A DNA stretch of 61,365 nt, counting the filler, from Ionaspis alba (lineage: Eukaryota), in assembly GCA_964255285.1 (NCBI GenBank). It is 5 parts of 5 records of this genome, joined end to end, with 100 filler letters (N's around TTAATTAATTAA, not from the genome) between each part and the next. Parts side by side here need not be neighbours in the genome. Positions count along the whole stretch, not along the records: positions 1 to 12,234 come from CAXUUL010000522.1; positions 12,335 to 24,547 come from CAXUUL010000523.1; 3 more parts are not named here. One strand, given 5' to 3'. Position numbers and translations under genes: made by a program. Positions within the stretch are counted from its first letter, which is position 1. Every line of letters starts with the position of its first letter. This document shows positions 1-12,787 of the stretch, piece by piece. The notes below the pieces were generated by a model that saw nothing but the letters and a program-made list of their open reading frames with translations, was not told where the DNA came from and searched no databases.

Positions 1-175
1 CGCCATACACGTCAATTATTACACAATCTGTTGAGATGGTTTCTATAAGAAGGCGGGTCGTTTCTGCTACTTCCTTTTCCTCTTTCAATCCACAGCTCTT
101 CTCTTCTTATCATTGTGTTGTACTTGAGTCGTTTTCAGAAGATTGGAATCAATACCGCACAAAGCATCGTCCAGA

Positions 176-1364
176 ATGTCCAAATTGATCGTAATCCTCG
201 GCATCACTGGTGTTCAGGTAAGTTCTTACAAGCCCAGACATCTCCTTATTTGAAGCCATCATTGTGACCAGTTCCAAGGGCGGCTCTGTTGCAGCCACAT
301 TCAGCAAACTGCCCGAATGGCGCATCCGTGGCATCACACGTGATACTAGCAAGCCAGCAGCACGTAATCTCGCATCCCAAGGCATCGAGATGGTAACAGC
401 CGACGTAAACGATACCGATTCCCTCCTCGCAGCTTTCCAAGGAGCACATGCTATCTTCGCCGTCACAGATTTCTGGGGAGCATTTAACGATCCTGCCAAC
501 CACGAGAAGGCAGCCGCTGCTGGTCAGACAATCAATATTTTTGCCTATGACCACGAGATCCAGCAGGGCAAGAACGTTGTGGATGCTGCGGCGAAAGTCG
601 AGGGTCTGGAGAGGTTTGTTTATTCAGCGTTGTCAGATTCGACAAAATGGAGTAAGGGCAAGTATACATGGGTTTATCATTTCGAAAGCAAGGCCAAGGT
701 CGTGGAATATGTGAGGGAGAAGCTTCCAGCTTTAGATGCCAAGATGTCGACCCTGCACTTGGGTTTCTACACGACCAATTGGAAGCAGGTGGCGTTGATG
801 GCACCGAAGAAGGTGAGCGTTCGGTTGCAGCAACAGCTCTAGTTCTTGGGGCCTGACTCCTGTATGTATTTTCAACTGACTTCTTGCAGCAAGTAGATGG
901 AAGCTATGTTGTAAAAGGATTGTCAAAGGGTGATGCTCTTTGCCCCTTCGTTGTGGCGGAGAGAGACACCGGATCGTTCGTCAAGGCACTGCTCGAGTCG
1001 CCCCCAGGAATAGAGGTGCTAGCATATAGCAGGAACATATCGTGGAACGAGTACATGAAGCTTTGGAGCAGCATCTTGGGTGTGCGTGGAACATACCAGC
1101 AGGCGTCTCCAGAAGAGTTTGGGGCAGCACTTCCTGAATCGATGAGGAGGGAAATTGAAGAGACTTTTTACTATGTTGTTGAATTCGGATGGGCGGGAGG
1201 CGACCCTAAGGTGGTGCATCCTAAAGATGTGAGTACCAAGTCTCCGTACAACCTACTATGGATTTGAAGCTGATGTTGGTTTTCGCGAAAAGCTACCTGT
1301 CGATGTTGCAACGACAAGCATTGAGGAGTATGTCAAGAATGAAGATTGGTCTTCAGTCTTGTAG
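176..1364 (+). CDS. NmrA-like NAD(P)-binding (atypical SDR) protein, 4 exons
   Basis: Spliced N-terminus MSKLIVILGITGVQ|GGSVA gives the Rossmann GxxGxxG. Also IRGITRD, AFQGAHAIFAVTDFW and HFESKA (HxxxK). GT-AG introns at 218-278, 813-889 and 1229-1292; ends EDWSSVL*. Confidence 0.9.
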
Positions 1365-1630
1365 TTGTCTTCCTGGATAAATTGCCGTCAAACTAAAGGC
1401 TCGTGTCAAGTCGCCAGAGGACATTTGGACTCTGGTTGCGGCAGAACTAGCGCAACTCTAATCTTTCAATGATAAGCTCAGGGTATTTCGAAGTTTGGCC
1501 TCAAAACAGAAAATTCACAAATAGAGCACGTGATATGTTTAGTGCACTCCTGCGTGCTTCTTCCCTTCAACGCCAAACAGTGCCATAGGATCTCCCTTGG
1601 ACCAAGCTCTTCCATTCAGATTTCACAAGT

Positions 1631-3156
<1,526 letters not shown>

Positions 3157-3618
3157 GCTAATGTCTGTATGCGTTGAGAACTAAGGGACTCCTTGGCCAG
3201 AGTAGCTAGCTAGCTTGTGCTGTGATACTGTCAAAAATCTCGTAGCTGTGAGAATGCTTCTCGCAAAGAGGTTGTCAGGCAATGAGCCTTAAACCAGAAG
3301 GGAACGCGCTTCGCGTAAAGTGGTTCTCGCGCTAAGATTCGACGGTTCGGGAAAGCAACATCAATTATGTCTCGAATGCGGCAACGGCTTGCTCGAAACA
3401 CCCCAATTTGAATCACTTTCTTTCGCTCTATAAAGTCACAAGACTCTATCGGCAAAGCCGCTGATGAGGAAAGGCTATCATTGCTGGTAATTCGCCCTCT
3501 CCTCAATAGTCTTTGCCATCCTGGGAAGTAAAGCAGCTCTAATTAGTCCTTAAACAGATCTCCCAGCAACCTCTCTAACAGCACCATACACCCTCATTTC
3601 TACCACTCAACCACAGCC

Positions 3619-6600
3619 ATGGGAGTACCTAAGTTTTTCCGATGGCTCTCGGAGAGGTATCCGGCAATCTCTCAGCTGATTGCAGAGAACCGCATACCGG
3701 AATTCGACTGTCTCTACCTCGACATGAATGGAATCATACACAACTGCACACACAAGGATTCTGACTCGCCTACGTTTCGTATGACGGAGGACAAGATGTT
3801 CATCGCTATTTTCAACTACATCGAGCATCTCTTTGGGAAGATTAAACCGAAGAAGCTCTTCTTCATGGCTATCGACGGTGTGGCACCGAGGGCAAAGATG
3901 AACCAGCAAAGAGCGAGGCGCTTTAGGACGGCTCTGGATGCTGAGAATGCGAGAAACAAGGCGCTGAAGGATGGTGTCGAAATGCCTAAAGAGGACGCTT
4001 TCGACAGTAATTGCATTACCCCCGGTACAGAGTTCATGGCGAAGCTTACTCGGCAACTCAAATACTTCATTAACAAGAAGGTGTCGGAAGACGTTGACTG
4101 GCAGGGGGTTGATATTGTACTGTCTGGACATGAGGTACCAGGCGAGGGCGAGCACAAGATCATGGAATACATACGAATGGCAAAAGCACAGCCGGATTAT
4201 GATCCAAACATCCGGCATTGTCTCTACGGCTTGGATGCAGACCTAATTATGTTGGGGCTTCTTAGCCATGATCCGCATTTCTGTTTGCTGCGAGAGGAGG
4301 TCACATTTGGCCGTCAAGCACAGAAAAAGTCGAAGGAACTGGAGCACCAAAATTTCTATCTGATGCATCTCTGCATTGTTCGGGAATACCTGGAGTTAGA
4401 GTTTCAGGAATTGAAAGATCCGGCTATAATGACTTTCGAGTACGACATGGAGCGCGTGATTGATGACTTCATCCTAATGGCGTTCTTTGTGGGCAACGAT
4501 TTTCTCCCTAATCTTCCTAATCTGCATATCAATGAAGGCGCTCTTGCATTGATGTTCAAGGTGTACAAGTCTGTGCTACCAAAGGCAGGCGGGTATATCA
4601 ATGAGGGAGGAGTTATCAACCTGGAACGGTTGGCTTTGCTGCTCGATGAACTGGCTGACGTTGAATATCGATTCTTCGAGGCTGAAAATGCCGATGCTAG
4701 CTGGTTCAAAGGCAAGCAAATGGAAAAGGTAGACGTCATGGCTAAGGAGCCTAAAGCGAAAAAAGGTCAGTTGGTGATATCGACGCCACAGAAGGCTATC
4801 TTCAAGCAAGTCAAGAAGCACGTCAACAACAGGTTTTCAACTGGATCGCAACACGCACTAGATCTGTCCCCAGGCTTGCCTGCTCGGGATAGGAAGTTTG
4901 TGGAAGAACTCGCAGACGATTTGCGCTTACAATGGAAGACTATCGAGAATGAGCAAGGCGAGCGCCATCTTCGTCTCAATTTCCCTGAGCAGCTGGAAGA
5001 TGACGATGATGACGAGGAGGAAGACGAGGAGGCACAGATGGCCCTGTTGCGAGTCATGAAGCGCTATGAGAATGCAAAAGTTGTGGACGTGTCTTCCGAA
5101 GAGGCCCAAGAGGAGATGAACAAAAAGTACGAGCAAAAGTTTCAAGGTTGGAAAGACAAGTATTACAAGGGAAAATTCGAATGGGGCATCGAGAATGGAG
5201 AGGAGATGCGGAAACTAGCAGAGAATTACGTACAGGGTTTGCAATGGGTCTTGTTCTACTACTACAGGGGAGTGGCTTCATGGCCTTGGTTCTATGGCTA
5301 TCACTATTCACCTATGATCTCAGGTCTGTCGTGAGTGTGGCTGGAACTTTGACATTGCTGACAAACACAGATGTCAAGAAAGGTCTTGGGGCAGACATGA
5401 ATTTCAATCTTGGACAACCATTCAGGCCATATCAGCAATTGATGGGTGTTTTGCCCGACCGCAGCAAGAGCATTGTCCCTACTCCGTATCATGACCTCAT
5501 GACAAACCCGGATTCCCCGATAATCGACTTCTATCCTAGAGACTTCAAGCTTGACATGAACGGAAAGAAGATGGAGTGGGAAGCTGTTGTCAAGATTCCA
5601 TTCATTGATGAAAAACGCCTGTTGCCAGCTATGATGACTAAAGAGCATCTCTTGACAAAAGACGAGAAGGATCGGAACGAGTTTGGCGTCTCCCTCAAGT
5701 TTGCTTATTCACCCGAAGTGGATTATACATATCCTTCATCATTGGTCGGCATCTTTCCTGACCTACCCCACTGCCATTGTGTTGAAAACATTTTTGATTT
5801 GCCAACCATGGAAGGTTTGGACGTGTATGTGGGACTCATGCAAGGTGTCGTGCTTGGACAGTCTGCCTTAGCTGGCTTTCCTAGTCTCAAGACTCTACCG
5901 TATCATGGAGCTCTCGATTTTCATGGCGTCAGCATCTTCCAGCAAGAAAGCCGGAATGAAAGCCAGATTGTCACGATCCTGGAGTCGGACATTCGAACGA
6001 ACGTGGAGGAAGCGAAAAAGCTCCTCGGCCAAAGAGTATACGTTGGCTACCCTTTCTTATCAGAAGCCAAAGTCGTCCGGATCTCCGACGAGTTGTTTGA
6101 TTACACACTGCCACAACAAGAAGACATGCCACCGATTGCGGTTCCTCATGGACCGTCGGAGATTGAGATGTGGCGCAAGAAAGCCCATCGAATAGAGAGC
6201 ACTTACAGCAAGAGGTTAGGTATGATCACTGGTCATATAGACTCGTTGGTACATGTCGAGACGCTGAAGGGATTGAAGAAGACGGACGAAGGTGCAACTA
6301 TCAAAGAGTTTGCGCTTGTCCAAGGTACCGAGACAGACTTTGCAGCTCAAATGGTAGTTCAGAACGTCATCAGCGAGGATCAACGGTTCCTAGAGAAAGC
6401 TGCCGTCCCAATCGAGGAAGAGTTCCCCGAAGGTGCCCGAGCATTCTTCCTCGGGGAATTCAACTATGGTCGACCACTTGCAATCATAGGACATGCAGGC
6501 AACAAGGCAGACATTTGGATCTCTACCGTGAAAGGAAAGGAAGCAGAGTTTGGTCGAGACATCGCCAGAAGCGCGAATGCCAGGACGCCTTACACTCCCT

Positions 6601-7931
6601 CTTTTGCTGTTGCACGAATGCTTGGTTTAAATCCGTTGGTCTTGAGTAAGATTACGTCGGCATTTCACGTTGTCTTGGAGGAGGGGAAGGTGAATCTAGG
6701 CCTCAACCTCAAATTCGAAGCCAAGCAGATGAAGGTCCTGGGGTACTCGCGGAAAGGCAATACCGGCTGGGAATTCAGCGAAAAGGCTATCCAGCTCCTC
6801 CAGCAATACATGATGAAATTTCCAGACTTCATCGCCGCGATCCAGCGAAACCCTCAGGGAAACATCTATTCTGCCTCGGAATTCTATCCTGAGGAAAGTG
6901 CCCAAGCGAAGATCAAGGAAATCCAAGCATGGCTAAAATCTATTGAGTCAAAGAGCTTCGAGAAGGTTCCCCTTGAGGCAGAGCAACTGGATTCAGAAGT
7001 TGTTATGGACATTGAGAAAGCTGCTGAAGCCGCTTCAAAAAATGGTGCGGCAATAGAAGGCAAGAAGGTCAAAGCTGCCCCACGAAACGCTTTGCTGAAA
7101 CCTTCTGACGCCGAACACCGACTCGGGAATCAGCGCTTCACCATCGGAGATCGAGTGGTCTATGTGCAAGACTCTGGAAGAGTTCCTATTGCTACTCGAG
7201 GTACGGTTGTTGGCATTACTCGTACGGCTAGAACAACATTGCTAGACATCGTCTTCGATGCCACCTTCATGAGTGGGACAACGCTCAATGACAGATGTTC
7301 GCCATTCAGGGGTTCAACTGTGCCGGTTTCGTCGGTACTTAATCTCACTGATAAGCAACTAATCGTCGCTTCTAAGGCAGCCGACGTTCATAGACCACAA
7401 CAGCCATCCCAGCCTTTGACTGTCAATGGCTACGGTGCACCGATGGGACCAAATGGTTTTGGACAGATGGTTCCTGCCCGTACGCCTCCACCGCTAAGAG
7501 GATCGTTTCGTGGCGCTATCTCAGGGCAACAGAACGGCGCTCGTGGGGGATTTCCAAACCGGGGTCGTGGTGGACCAGGGTTTGGCGATGGTCAGATCAC
7601 ACAAGGGCTGCCTAGTCGTCCGCTCTCTACCAACGGCACAGGTCGAGGCGGTCAGTCGAATGGATCTTCATGGAGAGGTAGAGGTGGTGGAGAGCCTTTC
7701 AACCAGCGGAACGGATATACGCCAATAGATCGAGGAGATGCCGACACGAACGTTATGAGAACAAACCCAAATTTCAGACCTCAATCATATTCGAATGTAC
7801 CGCCTCCGGCAAGTCTTGACTCCAGAGGCCGTGGTGGACGAGGCCGAGGGGGCCGAGGTGACGGCTTCAGAGGGAGGGGCGGAGGCATGTCCCGCGGCCG
7901 TGGGACTGTAGCGGCGGAGCAGCTGCAGTGA
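3619..7931 (+). CDS. XRN1: 5'-3' exoribonuclease 1
   Basis: MGVPKFFRWLSERYP, LYLDMNGIIH, FDSNCITPGTEFM, GEGEHKIM and YGLDADLIML. One intron (5324-5370) joins the 571-aa and 927-aa ORFs. The long C-terminal extension fits Xrn1 rather than Rat1. Confidence 0.97.
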
Positions 7932-8299
7932 GATTCAATGAGAAATGAAGTGAGGTATGAGACTCACCATATACTTATCAGCTTTTGCTTCGGGAAAGCA
8001 TGGTTAAAGAGTTCTAAGAATGGTCCCGATGAGCCTTAGACTCAATCGTTGCAGATAATGTATCTTTTGCTAGCTTGTCTAGAGAATAGCTGTATTCATT
8101 GCAAAATAGCACAAGCTCCTCCAAATTGACCTCAACGCAGTTCCAAGAAGAGCTAGGAGCATAGATGATTGACCCGACAATATTTACTCGGCATTCAATG
8201 AGCCTTCGGTCAGCCTCCATAATCGTAGGGCTGTCATAGAAACGTCGCGACTTTGAAAACTTGCGAACAAAGCAAATTCCTGTCTACCTCAACGCCAAA

Positions 8300-9220
8300 A
8301 TGCATTCGACCCTTGTGAGAATACAAAATGTATTCGGCTACTTCACAACTGTGGCCTTCGCCCTTGGGGCTCTGGTCGCCTTCTCCGTCGTCTTCTCCCC
8401 CCAAAATCCCTCTGCCAGTATCGCCCTCCGGAATGTCCAGGTGTAAGCTTGTCTCGGTGGATACTTTGTGCAGCACAAGCCATTGGTCACTGACACATGC
8501 AACTCTACAGCGTGAAAGGTCGACCTCACTACTACTCATCCAAGCGCGAAGAATACGCGCACATAAAATTCGACCTCGAAGCCAGTACGTCACCTCCAAT
8601 CTCATCCGCGAAATCCCACCAGCTAACAAAACTTCTACTATATAGATCTCTCCTCCCTCTTCAACTGGAACACAAAACAGCTCTTCGTCTACATTCTCGC
8701 AACATACCCTTCTCAAACCCCCTCCTCTCCCCCCTCCCAAGCCATCATCTGGGATCTCATCATCCCTTCCACCTCCCAACTCCATCCTTTTGACCCATGG
8801 CAATTCCTCATGACCAAAAACTCCGCCCTTCCCCCCAAAGAACGCGCCGCCTTCAACGCAAAAACAGCTTCAAAATCCAAATCCAAGTTACAAACCCCGC
8901 CAACTACAAACGCCGAGGCTACCCCGAAACCTGGTGTACTAAACCTGAAGAACGTGAAGCCCAAATACCAGATAACAGATATCAGCGGCAAGTTGGCAGA
9001 AAGAGGGAACGTGACGCTCGAGGTGGGCTGGAATGTGCAACCATGGATTGGAGCGTTGACGTGGACAGTTCCGCAGGGCAAGGGTTGGGGCAGGTGGAAA
9101 GGGGTTAAGGGTGGACGGAGCGAGGCGTTTGTGTTTCCAGCGCTGCCAGGGAAGAAGGTCGAGACTACGTTGGGGCAAAAGGAGACACCGAAGCCGGCGG
9201 AGGCGAGTCCTGTTGTTTGA
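8300..9220 (+). CDS. SPC3: Signal peptidase complex subunit 3 (SPC22/23), 3 exons
   Basis: MHSTLVRIQNVFGYFTTVAF, KGRPHYYSSKREEYAHIKFDL, LSSLFNWNTKQLFVY, KPKYQITDISG and VGWNVQPWIGAL. Two GT-AG introns. Confidence 0.92.
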
Positions 9221-9528
9221 GTAAGGGGATGGGTATAGATTGGTGAAAATTGAGATGCATAAAAGGTCAGGAACGTCATGATTCCGCTGTATATCATTTC
9301 AAAACTCGTGTTTTCTATGCAAATCACTGTTCTGCTGTCTTTGTATTGCGTTCTTGTTTCATGCGTGATGGCTCATCGAATCTGAAATGAGCAAAGCCTA
9401 GGTGTTCCGGGCATACACTGGATGGGATTTGCAGGCTCAACCTATTTGACGACAAACATTCACCATCTATGTTTACTCGAGATTCTTCAACCAGCCATGA
9501 TGTTCCTGACTCTTGACACTGAATTTGG

Positions 9529-10218
9529 TCATCTTGCAGTCAAGACATACGCCGGAGGAGGAGTGTCAGGTAGCCAGCTGTCCACATCTTCCGCTGTCGG
9601 CGTGATGGGGGGCGGAAGCCAACTTCCGGGATTATTTACTGCCAGCACAGGTGGCAACGGCATCCAGCAGTCTGCATTCTGTGTTGCCGCAGCTGCAGTC
9701 GATGGCTCAGCAGTGGCCTCCTCAACGCAGTAATCACAGATTCTTTGTGTACAGGTAGGCTCTGTGGCGGCTGGATCTGGTAGCGGATCGATGATTGGTG
9801 TCCACCGCCTGCCTAGGCATGCTGCTATGATTCTCGTGACCGGTGAAGACAGTCTTCGAAGGTGTCTTTGACGACCGGTGGTGCATGATTGACAGGAGCA
9901 GGAGCAGAGGGCGGAGACAATGGCTGGGATCGACCAAAGGATGAGGTATATGGAATAGATGACGAGTAATGGGAGGCTTAAAGCATCATGAAGTGACCTT
10001 TTGAGCGAACACTCGGACCAGCAAGTGTGGCTCTTTCTGACGATTTGTGATAACTCGGCGAGTGCCCGCCGTAGGACCTGATCCTCGTAGGGTAATGGAT
10101 GGGAAAGAGATAGAGGTTGATTGCATACAGAGCAGTGAGGACAATTTGGTTGAGTAGGAGGTCCTAATGTTTCTGAGGCAAGCTGCCGATAGTAACGAGT
10201 GAGACCAGTGGCTGCCAT
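9529..10218 (-). CDS. Hypothetical single-pass membrane protein, Cys-rich, with C-terminal PPxY
   Basis: Intronless ORF of about 229 aa from ATG 10218, with one hydrophobic segment (LPLLVIYSIYLILWSIPAIVSAL), Cys clusters and terminal PDTPPPAY. No family recognised. Confidence 0.5.
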   Translation of the reverse strand: MAATGLTRYYRQLASETLGPPTQPNCPHCSVCNQPLSLSHPLPYEDQVLRRALAELSQIVRKSHTCWSECSLKRSLHDALSLPLLVIYSIYLILWSIPAIVSALCSCSCQSCTTGRQRHLRRLSSPVTRIIAACLGRRWTPIIDPLPDPAATEPTCTQRICDYCVEEATAEPSTAAAATQNADCWMPLPPVLAVNNPGSWLPPPITPTAEDVDSWLPDTPPPAYVLTAR

Positions 10219-10889
10219 CTTAACCGTCAGCAAAGTCCTTCAAGACTTTGCAGACGGTCGTGCTAAATGGTATACCATGATCTCTTATGCTCAGGCTGAA
10301 ACGAGCAAGGAAGGATAGTCGAGGTCTTGGCAGGGCTTTGCTATTTTGGGATACGAAGATCAACCCTAAGTTCGGGTACGACCATTCGTGCCGTTTCATG
10401 CCCTCGTGCAAGGGATGCCTCACATTCCTTCCACTTTCCTTGGTAGATCGTCGCGAATGATGGGTTGCAGGAGCGGGAAGATATCGTATCGGCTATCGTT
10501 TCTGCCTGATAAGAGCTTCTTTGCAACGTCATTCGCGTTGTCCTGATTTTGCAAGACCGGGGCACTCGTCATTCTCTAGGGGAAGTAAAAATAAATGGAC
10601 AATCGCGCTCCAGGATCATGTGCATTTGTTCCTGGACAAGCTGGTCAAAGTACGCCTTATGGTCTGTTCTAACCTCTAGGAGCTGAAAATGTGTCCGCTT
10701 GAACGCATTTACAATCAGCTGTTTCACTCCCTATCCAGTATTCCAGGGAGAGTCAAGATCAGCACTCGGTTCTTCTTTCCTGACATCGTTAAACCGTAGC
10801 CATATTGCTGGGAAATGAAAAGGAAAATCTCAGTGAAGATGAGAAAATAGACAGGAAGCAGTGATCGATTAGTACGAGAATCGAGGTCG

Positions 10890-10989
10890 NNNNNNNNNNN
10901 NNNNNNNNNNNNNNNNNNNNNNNNNNNNNNNNNNNNNNNNNNNNNNNNNNNNNNNNNNNNNNNNNNNNNNNNNNNNNNNNNNNNNNNNN
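10890..10989. other. Within-scaffold assembly gap (100 N)
   Basis: Plain run of 100 N with no linker. Confidence 0.95.
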
Positions 10990-11053
10990 TAGACGACGTT
11001 CATCCTACATTTTCATCCAGTCGCCTGCATTGTCTATATATTGAGTTACAATA

Positions 11054-12234
11054 ATGTCCAAACAGCCGGACCTCCCAGAGCCGGCCCACCACGACGTCGA
11101 TTCAATGTTGAGTCGTAAATTTGGCAAGGAGATTGCCAACTACTTCTCCGGTGAGGAACCTGCATCTGATCTAGTGCTTCGAAATCTGATAGTCACCAGG
11201 ATCTCCATTAAATCGTGTCTCTTTCCTTCGAACGGACAACAAATTCCTCTCCAAAGCCCTCCAACACCCATCGACCTCCTTCCTCCTACTCAACGAATTA
11301 GCACCATTAGCTCACTCGCCGTCGAAGCTTGCATACGCAGCATACAAAGATGTCGTACCCCTCATCGGCGAAGATCCATACTCCAAATCAGAGGAAGAAC
11401 TTATAGAATCCTACAATTCCACAATCACAATCCCTCAACTTCTCTTTCTAGGTCTCGACGAGTCTCAAAAGACCGGCTTCGAATACAACATATACACCGG
11501 CACGCCCTTCTTCGCTTTAGACGTCACTCCCAAAGGCACAATCACAGAAGCAGCAAAATCATTAATCGAAAGCAAAAAAGCCGAGGGCTTGACCTTCGTC
11601 GAAGGCCGAATGCATATGAACCTACCGGCACCGTCCGCCGCCATATATGCACAAGCGCGCGCCCTCATCGACTGGAACAGCCGCAATCCATTCTGCGCCC
11701 AATGCGGCCAACCAACACTATCCATCAACGCAGGCACAAAACGCACATGCCCACCAAAGGACATGGCATCGATATCAGGGGCAATAGGCAGTACCAACTC
11801 CGCCACACCAACCGAGCGACCTCCCTGCGCAACAAGGAAAGGAATTTCCAACCTCTCCTTTCCCCGCACAGATCCCACCGTCATAATGGCCGTCCTCTCC
11901 CACGACTCCAGCAAAGTCCTCCTCGGCCGCCAAAAACGCTGGCCTCCCCACTGGTACTCGACCCTCGCCGGCTTCGTCGAGCCCGCCGAATCCGTCGAAG
12001 AAGCAGTGCGTCGCGAAGTCTGGGAAGAATCAGGAATCACACTGGGTAGAGTCGTCATTCATTCTACGCAGCCGTGGCCCTATCCTGCGAACCTGATGAT
12101 TGGCGCTATTGGGCAGGCGGTGCCGGACGGGGAGACGATCCATCTGAAACATGATCCGGAGCTCGAGGATGCGAAGTGGGTGGATTTGGAGGAGGTGAGG
12201 GAGGCGTTGAGGGTTGGGACGAGTGGGTTGGGGG
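11054..12234 (+). CDS. NPY1: NADH pyrophosphatase (NudC-type Nudix hydrolase), 3' end lost at scaffold end
   Basis: WNSRNPFCAQCG, FPRTDPTVIMAV, Nudix box AGFVEPAESVEEAVRREVWEESG and STQPWPYPANLMIG. Intron near 11151-11199. Confidence 0.93.
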
Positions 12235-12334
12235 NNNNNNNNNNNNNNNNNNNNNNNNNNNNNNNNNNNNNNNNNNNNTTAATTAATTAANNNNNNNNNN
12301 NNNNNNNNNNNNNNNNNNNNNNNNNNNNNNNNNN
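12235..12334. other. Artificial scaffold linker N44-TTAATTAATTAA-N44
   Basis: Six-frame stop spacer flanked by 44 N on each side. Confidence 0.97.
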
Positions 12335-12787
12335 GAAAGAGGGGGAGGAAGTGCATTGTTATGTAGGGTGCGGGATGTCTAGATGGGGATATGAAGTGGT
12401 GCTATATAGGGCGGGTTTCGGATGATATTTTCACAATGGGACGGTATCGAGGTACGGGCATTTTTGAGCGAGAGCTTGATCGCTCTTGACATATACCCTG
12501 CGTTTGCATGTCTCGGAGTCTCGATGGGGTAAGGAATCATAGATCAATATTGATATGTAGAGTAAACGAAATTTATGCAGCCCCAGAAACTTAAAGTTAT
12601 CAGTGATTCCAATCCGCACACGATGTGGTATTGGTGTACTAATATAATACAATGTACACTTACGTCCATAGCACCTTCCCACCAAGTCCTCTCTGTCCCA
12701 AAAAGTACCGCTATGCCGAAGAGAGAAGATTGTACAACGAAGTGCTCATCCTCAACACCTCTTCCAGACTAGACCTCCCTAATTCGT

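Noticed and set aside
3607..5311. Antisense ORFs inside XRN1 (and similar ones inside other genes)
   Set aside because: Shadow frames of well-supported genes.
5148..5370. Possible programmed frameshift between the two XRN1 ORFs
   Set aside because: A canonical 47-nt GT-AG intron with a CTGAC branch site explains the frame change.
12279..12290. TTAATTAATTAA recurring about every 12.3 kb
   Set aside because: Synthetic six-frame stop linker embedded in N runs.
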